NCBI GenBank assembly: GCA_013203045.1 | Contig: JABMQN010000014.1 | Span: 28,373 to 92,372, forward strand | DNA from: Chloroflexota bacterium | GTDB taxonomy: Bacteria > Chloroflexota > Dehalococcoidia > SZUA-161 > SpSt-899 | Direction: 5' to 3' | DNA length: 64,000 nt | In this document: in pieces, positions 38,266 to 48,187 of the stretch | Numbering within the stretch: the stretch's first letter is position 1 | Layout of the letters: every line of letters starts with the position of its first letter | The notes under the pieces: generated by a model | Database searches by the model: none | What the model was told of the DNA's origin: nothing | Seen by the model: the letters and a program-made list of their open reading frames with translations, nothing else | Translations under genes and position numbers: made by a program

Positions 38266-39734
38266 ACCTGATTCTCCTGAAGACCCCAGTTACCAGCAAG
38301 TATAGCCAGGTCGCCGAGATCTACTTCATTGTTTGAATTGAGATCGGCATCGGCACGAAAATCGGTCGCTCCGGTAGTTGTTCCATATGCAGATGCTAAA
38401 ATAGCAAGATCCGCCAATCCCACACTCTCATCGCCATTCAAGTCGCCTGGCAGACTGTTGCCCACAACTTTGATGGATACAGTTGGCGGATCAAAATCGA
38501 GATTCTTGAAATTCTCGTCAGTCAGGATAATTGCATTAGGTATGGCATATCTGCCCGCTTTGGCACCACCTTTAATGCGGAGTCCAATCACAGCAAATGT
38601 CCCTGTACTGGCAGGAACAGGCGTTTCACCTTTACGAGCAATTGCATATTCGAGATTCTCACTACTACCGGTATCGGATTTATTTTTCTTGCCCTCGATA
38701 GGGTCCGATCCTAGGAGTGTTCCAGGCTTCACTTTATCCAGAAGCACCTCAATGACATCAGAATCAAGTGAAAGGAGATCAATCTCACCTCCGCTTATGC
38801 CATGACCATTGGGATCGACAGTTACAGTCAGCGTAAACTCGTCTCCCGGCTCCAGCTCCTGTGCAGAAAGGCTAACCGTCACTCCAGGAGGGCCGGTGGT
38901 TATTGCGTTCAAAGGGGCCTGCCTATTTCCACCTCTCACCCAGACCGCGGTCTCTTTGGCCGCCTGCCCCGCTACTTTGAAAGACATTACCTTTCCGGTG
39001 TAATCTCCCGGAATATTAAGCGCGTAGGTGCCGGAACCGCTACTGGTGTTCTGCACTTTTAATCCGTCGATCCATGCCGAGACATCAGTGCCGGTAGGCA
39101 CAGAACTACCATTAAGCGTCACGGTACCGTAGAAACCACAGATAAGGGGCCCCAGACTCACTACCAGATTTGTTTCAATTGCCTCACCCCTCTGCCACTC
39201 AATGATCTGGGTAGCGAAATGGGCATCGACTTTGAATGCCACCGCCTTCCCGGTATAGTTTCCCGGTACTACCAGGCTATACATAGAATCGACAGTGGTG
39301 GTAGTCTGTACTTTGGCTGAATCTATCCATGCGGAAATTTCTGTGCCATCGTCCACATATTGTCCATCTACAGTTACCTGGCCATAGAATTCGCACTGGA
39401 AGGGCCATGAATTTATGCTCAGATTGACTGTAATAGTCTCTCCTCTGGTCCAGGTGCCTGTCTGTTCTGCTTCATACTTACCTACCTTGAAAGCCACTGT
39501 TTTTTCCGAATAATCCCCGTGTATAAATAGAGAATATTCTGAGTTCTCCGTCTCGGTATCGGCCACTTTTTCCCCATTAATCCATGCCGAAATTACAGTA
39601 CCATTCGGTAAGCTGTTTCCCCCGGCAACAACCGTCCCCTGAAAACCACCGGTCATTGGTTGTGCCGAGATGACACCAGTAAACAGCAACATCGCTAATA
39701 CCACTATTAAAAGGACATGTATCAATTTAGACAT
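38262..39734 (-). CDS. Secreted protein: three ~85-aa repeats, a cohesin-like domain and a C-terminal dockerin-like duplicated EF-hand
   Basis: Signal peptide from ATG 39734; 3x F.G.V...G...GT.ISAWI.G...FKV repeats; GDLNGDESVGLADLAIL...ADLNSNNEVDLGDLAIL. Confidence 0.75.
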   Translation of the reverse strand: MSKLIHVLLIVVLAMLLFTGVISAQPMTGGFQGTVVAGGNSLPNGTVISAWINGEKVADTETENSEYSLFIHGDYSEKTVAFKVGKYEAEQTGTWTRGETITVNLSINSWPFQCEFYGQVTVDGQYVDDGTEISAWIDSAKVQTTTTVDSMYSLVVPGNYTGKAVAFKVDAHFATQIIEWQRGEAIETNLVVSLGPLICGFYGTVTLNGSSVPTGTDVSAWIDGLKVQNTSSGSGTYALNIPGDYTGKVMSFKVAGQAAKETAVWVRGGNRQAPLNAITTGPPGVTVSLSAQELEPGDEFTLTVTVDPNGHGISGGEIDLLSLDSDVIEVLLDKVKPGTLLGSDPIEGKKNKSDTGSSENLEYAIARKGETPVPASTGTFAVIGLRIKGGAKAGRYAIPNAIILTDENFKNLDFDPPTVSIKVVGNSLPGDLNGDESVGLADLAILASAYGTTTGATDFRADADLNSNNEVDLGDLAILAGNWGLQENQV

Positions 39735-39867
39735 AGCGATCCTCACATCGGGATAAACGAAAATACCCCAAACTGATGGTAGCATGCATACTTATGTGAG
39801 GAAAACGTGGACTACACCAATTTTATGGTGGGGGTGAACGACCAGCTTGAAGGTAATATAGGGTAAC

Positions 39868-42800
39868 TTACTTCTGAATTCTTGGGAGAATATCCCGAAT
39901 ATAGTCGTCTGAAGCTAGGTCCAAATGTGGAACTGATTTAGTGGAAATCTTGGATAACTCTGTGAAAAATTCGTCTTCTATTGACTGTTTTGCCTCCACA
40001 TCTTTCCCTTCGACCCTGCAAATGATCATCGGTTGAGTATTTGACTTACGCACCAGAGCCTGGCCTAACCATTGGCTATCATTATCAAACCATTTAATTA
40101 GACCGCCATCGGTTGTATATATCGTATATCCCATTTCCCGAAAGCGCTGAACTGCCACATCCACCACTTCTTGTTTCTCATCCAAAACATTGACCTTCAG
40201 ACGAATGTTCAATTCCGGCGTGGCCGGGTATCGTGGTACCGCTTCATCAATATCGATGAAACTCTTACCTTCTCTCAATCCATTGGCAACAACAGTGAGT
40301 AGTTTTATCGCTGCTAGTGCGGCATCATCAAATATCCAATTCTCTTCGTGCCCCGACATCTGATGTCCGGAAAGCTCGGCGGCAAGGGCAATCGGTTCTT
40401 TGTTATCACTCAAGTCAATTCTCTTACCGAAGAGTTCAATTTCATTCGATCCTTCCTGTAACGCTTGTACCAGCGCCTTTGTACCATCTTTAATAAAGGC
40501 AAATCCGGTGGGGCTGGTTATGTACTCCCCGCCATTGGAAGTGATACACTCTTCGGCAATACGGGAGAACTTCACTTCGCCCATGAATCGCGGCTTTCCA
40601 GGCTTCCCCATCTTTTTATGCTCATCAATTATGCATTGAGCCTGTATGGCCAATGTTCGATCACCTTCTACGACTCGCCCGTCTTTCCTGACATAAATAA
40701 CCCGATCTGCATCTTCATCATTGCCAATCCCAATTACTTCTTTGGAACTATCAGCAGCTTCCTTGATTACTGCTTCCTCAAGCTGTTTCCGATACTTGGC
40801 CTTGATCGGGTCCGGGATATGAGCAGGGAAATATCCATCCGGAGTTTCGTTGATTGCCACAACCTCAGCTCCGAGATCAGTAAAAATCCCCTTGGTTCTC
40901 CATCCCGAACCGTTACCAAAATCTATAACGACTTTCAAACCTTCCAAAGGATGCTGTATCGCGGTTTCTGGTTGCTCCAGATTCGAAGGTAGGTCCAGAG
41001 CTTTTAATATTTCGCCCCACTTATCTTTGTTCAACTGTGCAGGAAATTTAATGCCTGAAGTGATGTCAAGAAGTTCCTTCAGCCCCCGGTTTTCCCATCT
41101 CTCCCGCAATTGTATCCATATCTCCCTTCCCAGACGGCAATTGGCCTTGACCAGTTCATTGTGATATCGAACCACCTCGCCTTCTTCAAGCTTGATACAT
41201 TTCCCTTCACCTTCCAGGAAATCGCCCTCAAGCACAGATTTCTTAATTTCGAGCATCTGTTCAGCGTTTATACTGATGATAAAACCGTCCTCAGTACGAA
41301 TCACCTGTTTGAGGCCGTTGTACTCTGCCTCATTATGACTGGCAGTCATGTTTATTCCACCATCGGCTTTCAAATAGGGAATAGAGAAATAGAGCTCAGG
41401 CGTCGATGTAATGCCGACGTCATACACATTGACCCCAGTCGAGAGAATTCCCGTGGTTACCCATTCACGGACTCTCTTTGTTGAAAGCCTGATGCCTCCT
41501 CCAATAGTAACCCAAAGCTTTCCCGAGTCTGCGTTATTAATCCTTCGGAGAAAAGTTCCATATCCTTTTCCCAGGTAGTAACAAACCCTATCAGACAGAT
41601 ACTCATCGGCAACAGCACGCACGTCATACGTCTGAAAGATCACCGGGTCAATTTGCTGGGGTTGGAGAACAAAGGATTTCAGGAGTATTGAATCTTTACT
41701 CGCCGTTATCTTATACTCTCCCATCATAGCTGGAACCAGCACCGATTCACCACGGGAAATTTTATCCTTTAAACCTCTCCGCGATAGCTCCATCTCCCCT
41801 TTCAGACATGTGAGCACCTGGAATGCACCATTCGTATTTGCGGGGATTTTGTCTCCATTTGCCAACTTGATACGATCAAGAGAGAAATAGAAGCTGTCTA
41901 TCAGGCGTTCTTCCTTTTCATTGAGGCTCTTGGGAATCAACCGATAGTCTGACTTTTCAGTCTTTTGGAAATTTAGCGATTCTATCGCCTGAGGTATATG
42001 GAGTTGCCTTTTAGGAACTCGATTCCAATCCCAAACGCGGTAGGTAATTCCAGAGGATTGCTGAATTTCGGCCAAAAACACACCTTTACCGACGGCGTGG
42101 ACTGCTCCTGCAGGATTGAACAGTACATCTCCAACTTGAGCCGGTATTCCGTTCAGATATTTCTCAGCGATATTGATGTCAGGAGAAGACAGATCTTTTT
42201 CGAACTCAGACACATTGACGTCGTTCTTAAATCCTAAATAAAGGACGGCTCCAGGCTCTGCATCGAGTATCAACCATGCCTCGGTTTTCCCGGAGTCGAC
42301 CTCACCTAATTCCGATGCTTTTTCGTCAGATGGGTGAACCTGAACTGAGAGGTCCTCTCGCGCATCGAGGAATTTTACAAGTATTGGGAGCAATCCTTTG
42401 AAATCTCTTGCGATACCCCGTCCGAGGATATCCTCCCCAAGGTGATTCACCAAATCATTTAAGGGAATCTTGGAACCATTAGGAAACGTGACAATGGAGG
42501 GATGTTGGTGATGAGTGGAGCATTCCCATGACTCTCCGATTGTCTTGCCGGAGGGGGGCAATCCCTTGAGCTTTTCTATATGGTCTCCTCCCCATACTGT
42601 TTGTACCAGATTGTCAATGGCAGGTTTGATGAAGCTGCGTTTTATACCCTTGAGAATTTCAGGTAGTTTACTCCGGTTTTCGTAATAAACCATCCACTTA
42701 TTTTTCTCAGACGAAAAAACAGATTCTGGTTTGCTTCCCACAATTCTTCCCAAAGCTTCGAAGGAATACGGATTCCCCAGAATTGTGATTTCCCAATCAT

Positions 42801-44205
42801 CTTTGCCGTCACGATTGAGACCTGTCCTCATCCGCGTCCGGCCATTTGAGGGCAGGAAAATATCAGCAACTACTTCACTAGGGCTCGGCTTCAAAGTGTT
42901 TAGATCAACGCAGTTATAGATGAGGCTTTCTTCAGCGTTTACTTCTGAGAGAGAACTCCCAACAATCACAGAGTCAACCACGTCTAACTTATCGGCATTT
43001 ACAGCCATTAACACGCTGTTCTTCACTTTCCCTTTGGCATCGGTATTTACAACTATAGAATTTTCAACGGTGAGATCATTTTCTTTGGAGTTTCTTATCC
43101 AGTGTTTCTCAAGATCATAGAACTTCCTTAGACATTCACCTTCCGATGAATCTTCCAGCAGTTTAAGGAAATTCTGGTGGTAAAGGCGAACCTGTCCATA
43201 ATCCCACCATAGCGTGTTCGTTCCGATATCCTTATCTCCAAACAGTTTTAACCCTAGTTTTTCTCGATCCAGGAATCTTTGTTTGAACGCGTCTATCCGA
43301 TCCCAATGAACCGAATCACCTCCCCTGGCGGTGAAATCGTCAAAACTTGAGGTAAGCGGCATCCAAAGATGAGGATCGGTATCCATCTTACCCTGCTTCT
43401 TTCCCAGGTCAGAGCCAAACTCTTCCAGCATAGCTGCGAGGAATTCCTGTGTAATAGAGAAGCTCCCAAGGCTTTTACCAAGAGACATTTTGCCAGCCTT
43501 ATTTGATTGCACGATACCTTCTGCAATCAGCCTTTTCAGATCCTCCCAGCTTTGCTTTTCTCTCTGCAACGCTTCGCCACTTGAAGTCGGAATTACAAGT
43601 CCATAGCTCTGCCAATCGGTTCTCCAGGTTTCTGCATCAGCAGGAATTTCGGATTTAATATCAAGTATCTCAGCATGATGGGATCGGGAACAATCCGCTA
43701 ATTTTGAAGGGATAAAAACCTGATCACCCCAGAATACACACAGTCTTCCGGGACGAGTATCAGCAAAAATACCCGTTTGGAATATGACAGCCTCAAGAAT
43801 TGTCATGGGGACTTTTTCGCGATTGACGTAGATCAATCGGGGTAGTTTTATGGCAGATTTGTTGTTGGCTTCTGAAGCAGGGATCGGAGCCATGCGAGTA
43901 CCTTTGCCGGCAGTATGGTACATTGCAATGCTACGCCCATCTTTGAGCATCTGCATTAAGTTGAGGTTAGTTTTTGCTTTTTGCCACGCATACAGCGTAC
44001 CTAGCAGTTGGCCTGCTCCACCGGGCCAATCCTCTTCCACAGAGATAACTTGTGTGTTACGGCTAATTACGGATCCACGTGTAGCTTCTAGCCTCCTCTG
44101 CCAGAATCTCGCCTGATCTCCACTGGAAGAAACTATAATCACTACATCAAAACCACGGTTGCCTTCAACTGCAGCATACATGTCTTTGATATTCTGTTTA
44201 TGCAT
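39868..44205 (-). CDS. Fusion: NDP-sugar pyrophosphorylase-like domain + type I mannose-6-phosphate isomerase + phosphomannomutase/phosphoglucomutase
   Basis: AGKGTRMAP, WGDQ, WWDYG and hexapeptide-like repeats; VWGG, GESWE, LSVQVHP, GKTEAW, VHA, EIQQSS..TYRVWDW; IF.TYDVR, TASHN...YNGLK, DEDADR, AELSGH, RKSNTQP. Confidence 0.85.
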   Translation of the reverse strand: MHKQNIKDMYAAVEGNRGFDVVIIVSSSGDQARFWQRRLEATRGSVISRNTQVISVEEDWPGGAGQLLGTLYAWQKAKTNLNLMQMLKDGRSIAMYHTAGKGTRMAPIPASEANNKSAIKLPRLIYVNREKVPMTILEAVIFQTGIFADTRPGRLCVFWGDQVFIPSKLADCSRSHHAEILDIKSEIPADAETWRTDWQSYGLVIPTSSGEALQREKQSWEDLKRLIAEGIVQSNKAGKMSLGKSLGSFSITQEFLAAMLEEFGSDLGKKQGKMDTDPHLWMPLTSSFDDFTARGGDSVHWDRIDAFKQRFLDREKLGLKLFGDKDIGTNTLWWDYGQVRLYHQNFLKLLEDSSEGECLRKFYDLEKHWIRNSKENDLTVENSIVVNTDAKGKVKNSVLMAVNADKLDVVDSVIVGSSLSEVNAEESLIYNCVDLNTLKPSPSEVVADIFLPSNGRTRMRTGLNRDGKDDWEITILGNPYSFEALGRIVGSKPESVFSSEKNKWMVYYENRSKLPEILKGIKRSFIKPAIDNLVQTVWGGDHIEKLKGLPPSGKTIGESWECSTHHQHPSIVTFPNGSKIPLNDLVNHLGEDILGRGIARDFKGLLPILVKFLDAREDLSVQVHPSDEKASELGEVDSGKTEAWLILDAEPGAVLYLGFKNDVNVSEFEKDLSSPDINIAEKYLNGIPAQVGDVLFNPAGAVHAVGKGVFLAEIQQSSGITYRVWDWNRVPKRQLHIPQAIESLNFQKTEKSDYRLIPKSLNEKEERLIDSFYFSLDRIKLANGDKIPANTNGAFQVLTCLKGEMELSRRGLKDKISRGESVLVPAMMGEYKITASKDSILLKSFVLQPQQIDPVIFQTYDVRAVADEYLSDRVCYYLGKGYGTFLRRINNADSGKLWVTIGGGIRLSTKRVREWVTTGILSTGVNVYDVGITSTPELYFSIPYLKADGGINMTASHNEAEYNGLKQVIRTEDGFIISINAEQMLEIKKSVLEGDFLEGEGKCIKLEEGEVVRYHNELVKANCRLGREIWIQLRERWENRGLKELLDITSGIKFPAQLNKDKWGEILKALDLPSNLEQPETAIQHPLEGLKVVIDFGNGSGWRTKGIFTDLGAEVVAINETPDGYFPAHIPDPIKAKYRKQLEEAVIKEAADSSKEVIGIGNDEDADRVIYVRKDGRVVEGDRTLAIQAQCIIDEHKKMGKPGKPRFMGEVKFSRIAEECITSNGGEYITSPTGFAFIKDGTKALVQALQEGSNEIELFGKRIDLSDNKEPIALAAELSGHQMSGHEENWIFDDAALAAIKLLTVVANGLREGKSFIDIDEAVPRYPATPELNIRLKVNVLDEKQEVVDVAVQRFREMGYTIYTTDGGLIKWFDNDSQWLGQALVRKSNTQPMIICRVEGKDVEAKQSIEDEFFTELSKISTKSVPHLDLASDDYIRDILPRIQK

Positions 44206-44281
44206 AGTTAAACCTCGTATTTTGCGATATTATAGCGCAGTCAGATAAGTAAACGCAATCAGTAAATCGTCCCAGAAAAAC

Positions 44282-44314
44282 AAAAAAGAGGGGGCATGTA
44301 CCCCCTCTTTTTTT
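44282..44314. terminator. Intrinsic terminator (bidirectional A/T tracts)
   Basis: AAAAAAGAGGGGG-CATGTA-CCCCCTCTTTTTTT just downstream of the carboxyltransferase gene. Confidence 0.85.
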
Positions 44315-44337
44315 GAAGTGAAAACAACGGCTATTTT

Positions 44338-45906
44338 CTAGAGATTTATATTTGAGTATTTCCTCCAGGGTCGTGCTTCCTCTTTGTTTTCCAGTATGTC
44401 CAGTGACATGTTGATATACTTCCGGGTTTCAGAAGGCCTGATAATACCATCGACAAAGCCTCGCTCAGCGGCACAGTAAGGATTTTCATACAATTCATTG
44501 TACTCTGCAATCCTGTTGGCTTGTGTTTCCGCCGGGTTGTCAGAGTTCTTGATTTCTTTGGCGAATATCACACTGGCAGCCGTTGCAGCACCAACAATGC
44601 TAATTTGGGATTGTGCCCATGCCCATACGAGGTCCGCACCAATGGATTTATCGAGCATGCCATAGTGTGCACCGGCGTAGGATTTTCTAAGAATAATTGA
44701 AATTAATGGGACGGTAGCATCAGACCATGCATAGAGTGTTTTAGCGCCGTGACGTAAAATACCGCGCCAGTCAGCATCGGAACCTATGATAAAGCAAGGG
44801 CAGTCCTGTAGCGTAATCACGGGTATATTGAAAAGATCGCAAGTTCGGACAAACCGCGCGAGCTTATCTGACGCATCAATATCCAGCATGCCAGCCTTCT
44901 GCATGGGTTGGTTGGCGACTATTCCTGTGGGACGGCCATCGAAGCGGGCAAAGCCTGTAATAAGGTTTGTAGCATTCAATTTCAGCGTTTCAAAGAAATA
45001 TCCATCATCAACGATTCTGCTAATAACTTCCATCATATTGAAAGGCCTGAACTGCTCGGCAGGTACGATCTCATCAAGTTCCGGAATTTCCCTGGTGGGA
45101 TCGTCCTTCGTTTCGATTCGCGGTGGAGGATTGGTGGATTTATTGTTGTTCGAAGGTAAGAGCGCCAGAAGTTCCTTGCATTTGTCCATGCAGTCTTTGT
45201 CATCCTCGGCTACGACATGGGTTTGCCCGGATTTGACGGCATGGGCTCGCCAGCCAGAGAGCTGTTCCAGCGTGATTTCTTCGCCGATCTGGGTCTTAAC
45301 GAAAGCGGGACCGGCGATTCCCATGAACCCGGTATCACGGCATTGAATAAGGAAGTCCTGCATGATAGGATGGTATGCCTGTCCGCCCAGACATGGGCCC
45401 ATGAGCAGCGCGATTTGCGGAATGATTCCCGAAGCTCGTATTTGAGCGTTGAACAGCCAACCGTAAGCCTCCAGTGTATCCATTCCCTCCTGGAGTCTGG
45501 CGCCACCGGAATCGTTCATACCTACGAAGGGCCAACCTTTCTCTTTGGCGAAATCGACGGCTCGGGCAAATTTCCTGCCATGGCCCTCACCATATGTTCC
45601 AGCCATGGTGGTATAGTCCTCAGCGGCTGCTACAACATGTCGGCCATTCACTTTACCAAAACCGGTGATCACACCCTCGGCGGGAATCTCCTTTGAATCC
45701 AGACCAAAAGCAGTTGTGCGATGTTTCACAAACATCCCTATCTCGGTGAAGGTTCCGGGATCGAAGAAATACTCGATCCTTTCACGGGCAGTCATTTTGC
45801 CGTCTTTGTGCTGCTTCTCTATTCCTTTCTCACCACCCATTGCCAGGATTTTTGCTTTCTTGGCTTCATATTCCTGGTATATTTCAGCATGTGTTTTCTG
45901 TGCCAT
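44338..45906 (-). CDS. Acyl-CoA carboxylase carboxyltransferase subunit (PccB/MmdA-like)
   Basis: GKMTARERI, DSGGARLQEG, GIIPQI, IVANQP, KLARFVRTCD, RHGAK, RKSYAGA. Confidence 0.92.
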   Translation of the reverse strand: MAQKTHAEIYQEYEAKKAKILAMGGEKGIEKQHKDGKMTARERIEYFFDPGTFTEIGMFVKHRTTAFGLDSKEIPAEGVITGFGKVNGRHVVAAAEDYTTMAGTYGEGHGRKFARAVDFAKEKGWPFVGMNDSGGARLQEGMDTLEAYGWLFNAQIRASGIIPQIALLMGPCLGGQAYHPIMQDFLIQCRDTGFMGIAGPAFVKTQIGEEITLEQLSGWRAHAVKSGQTHVVAEDDKDCMDKCKELLALLPSNNNKSTNPPPRIETKDDPTREIPELDEIVPAEQFRPFNMMEVISRIVDDGYFFETLKLNATNLITGFARFDGRPTGIVANQPMQKAGMLDIDASDKLARFVRTCDLFNIPVITLQDCPCFIIGSDADWRGILRHGAKTLYAWSDATVPLISIILRKSYAGAHYGMLDKSIGADLVWAWAQSQISIVGAATAASVIFAKEIKNSDNPAETQANRIAEYNELYENPYCAAERGFVDGIIRPSETRKYINMSLDILENKEEARPWRKYSNINL

Positions 45907-45940
45907 ATGGATTTTGTCTCCTCTTTATTTTATTGGAACG

Positions 45941-47143
45941 CTAATCAGCTTTGTCAGCGTTGATAATCTTTACAAAACGGCGTTTACCCACTTTGATGAT
46001 GCTACCATCTTTAATTTCCGCTATATTTTCAACTATAGTTTTGCCATCTATTTTCACAGCCTTTTGGTCAATGAGACGCTTTGCTTCACCTTTACTTTTA
46101 ACCAGATTTGCATTAAGTAGAATCTCGCTGAGATCCAATGGACTGGAACCAACTTTAATCCGTAGTTCTGGAATCTCATCAGGAAGATCGCGTTTCTGAA
46201 AAACTGTACTGAAATGAGTTTCGGCAACTTGAGTTGCTTCGGAATCATGAAATTCTTTTACAATTTCACCAGCCAATCGTTTTTTGAGGACCATAGGGTT
46301 GATAGATTCGGCTGATAGTAGCTTTCGATATTCACTTAACTCTTCATCTGAAACATCAGTGATCAATTCAAAATAATCCATTATGAGATCATCCGGAAGT
46401 GACATCACCTTTCCATACATATCGTTGGGAGGATCATCGACAGCGATGTAGTTATCCAGACTCTTGGACATCTTCATTTTGCCATCGGTTCCAACCAGAA
46501 GCGGGGTGAAGAAAACTTGTTGTGGGGGTTGCCCCATCATTTGTTGGAGTTCTCGTCCCATGAGACAGTTGAACTTCTGATCTATCCCTCCGAACTCCAC
46601 ATCCGACTCAATCATTACCGAATCATATGCTTGCAGCAATGGATACAAAAGTTCGGTGATGCCAATGGGATGGCCCGCAGCATATCTTTTGGAAAAGTCG
46701 TCTCTGGCCAGCATCTGGGCAACGGTGAACTTACTGGTAAGACTGATAACATCTTCCAGTTTGAAATTGCCGAACCACTCGCTTTGCCAGCGAACTTCAG
46801 TTTTTTCGCGATCAACTACTTTAAAGAACTGCTTCATGTAGGTTTCGGCATTGGCCCTGACTTCTTCTGCGCTAAGCATGGTACGCATCTGAGATTGACC
46901 GCTGGGATCGCCGATCTGGGCTGTCCAGTCACCTACAATGAGCACTACTTGATGACCGAGGTCCTGAAATTGACGGAGCTTGCGGAGGCTAACCACATGG
47001 CCGAGATGAATATCGGGGCGACTGGGGTCAAAGCCTTCCTTCAGGCGCAACGGCTTGCCTGTTTCCAGCATGCGTCTGAGGTCTTGCTCAACAATAACTT
47101 CAGTTACACCGCGTGTGAGTATTTTATCAAGTTCTCTAGTCAT
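45941..47143 (-). CDS. tyrS: Tyrosine--tRNA ligase
   Basis: GFDPSRPDIHLGH, YPLLQAYD, GGIDQKFN, KMSKS, C-terminal S4 domain. Confidence 0.97.
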   Translation of the reverse strand: MTRELDKILTRGVTEVIVEQDLRRMLETGKPLRLKEGFDPSRPDIHLGHVVSLRKLRQFQDLGHQVVLIVGDWTAQIGDPSGQSQMRTMLSAEEVRANAETYMKQFFKVVDREKTEVRWQSEWFGNFKLEDVISLTSKFTVAQMLARDDFSKRYAAGHPIGITELLYPLLQAYDSVMIESDVEFGGIDQKFNCLMGRELQQMMGQPPQQVFFTPLLVGTDGKMKMSKSLDNYIAVDDPPNDMYGKVMSLPDDLIMDYFELITDVSDEELSEYRKLLSAESINPMVLKKRLAGEIVKEFHDSEATQVAETHFSTVFQKRDLPDEIPELRIKVGSSPLDLSEILLNANLVKSKGEAKRLIDQKAVKIDGKTIVENIAEIKDGSIIKVGKRRFVKIINADKAD

Positions 47144-48087
47144 CAGGTTATACTGCGATAGCTTGGTTCGATGGGCATCTCTCGCGCCAGCTTCACGTCT
47201 GCCGCTATCTGTTCTTTCAACTTTTCGAGTGATTCAAATTTCATTTCGCCGCGTAGTCGCTTGACGAATTTAATGCTGAATTCTTTCTCATAAAGATCGT
47301 CATCAAAATCCAAAACATGAGTTTCTATGGTTCGTTCTCCGGGGCCAAATGTAGGCCTGCGGCCAATATTCGTGACTGCCCGAAAAACCTGGTCTCCAAC
47401 GTAGGCCAGGGTGATGTAGGTGCCATCTGCCGGCAAAGCACGATTTCTAAGTACACTTAGATTAACTGTAGGAAAACCAAGCAATTTGCCACCACGATGG
47501 TCCCCGTGAACCACTGTGCCACTCAGCCGGAATCGCCTTCCCAGCAACTGGGTAACATTTCTGATCCCGCCTTGTGATAATGCCTGTCGAATAGCGGTGC
47601 TGCTCACTATCTGCTCTCCTACCTGGATCGGAGAGACAACATCCACTGTAAATTCAAGTTCTTCCCCAATTGAGCGTATTACCTCGGCTGTTCCATCTCT
47701 ACCGCGACCAAGCGCAAAATCCGGGCCGATAACCATCGCTTTAACCTTGAGATGCTCTTTGAGAAGGGTGAGAAATTCCCTGGCACTAAGCTCGGCAAGT
47801 TCTTGTGTAAACGAGAGTACTATTACATGATCAATGCCAAGTTCTTTGATAAGATCGACCCTCTCTTCGAGGCTCGTGAGATAAGGTAATTCAGTCGGAG
47901 GGTCCAGTAGCGCTTTGGGATGCCAACTAAAGGTGATAACTCCACTGACAAGCCCGGCTTCATCCGCCTTTGCTTTCAGACTGCGAATAAGATGCTGATG
48001 ACCCGGGTGTACGCCATCGAACACACCGATGGTGATCGCCATCTCGTGCTGTGGTTGTACTTCTTTAAGTTCGTCAACAAGACTCAT
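47143..48087 (-). CDS. ribF: Bifunctional riboflavin kinase/FAD synthetase
   Basis: IGVFDGVH.GH, G.DFALG, VSSTAIR, LGFPTVN, NIGRRPTF, LRGE.KF. Confidence 0.95.
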   Translation of the reverse strand: MSLVDELKEVQPQHEMAITIGVFDGVHPGHQHLIRSLKAKADEAGLVSGVITFSWHPKALLDPPTELPYLTSLEERVDLIKELGIDHVIVLSFTQELAELSAREFLTLLKEHLKVKAMVIGPDFALGRGRDGTAEVIRSIGEELEFTVDVVSPIQVGEQIVSSTAIRQALSQGGIRNVTQLLGRRFRLSGTVVHGDHRGGKLLGFPTVNLSVLRNRALPADGTYITLAYVGDQVFRAVTNIGRRPTFGPGERTIETHVLDFDDDLYEKEFSIKFVKRLRGEMKFESLEKLKEQIAADVKLAREMPIEPSYRSIT

Positions 48088-48187
48088 CGCTGCTTGTCCG
48101 AATACTCAGAAATCGGGACTGCATTCCTAGTGAATTATAGGGGTTTCAGGAGATCGTTTCAAGTGAACGATGGTTTGCAGGGACGTT

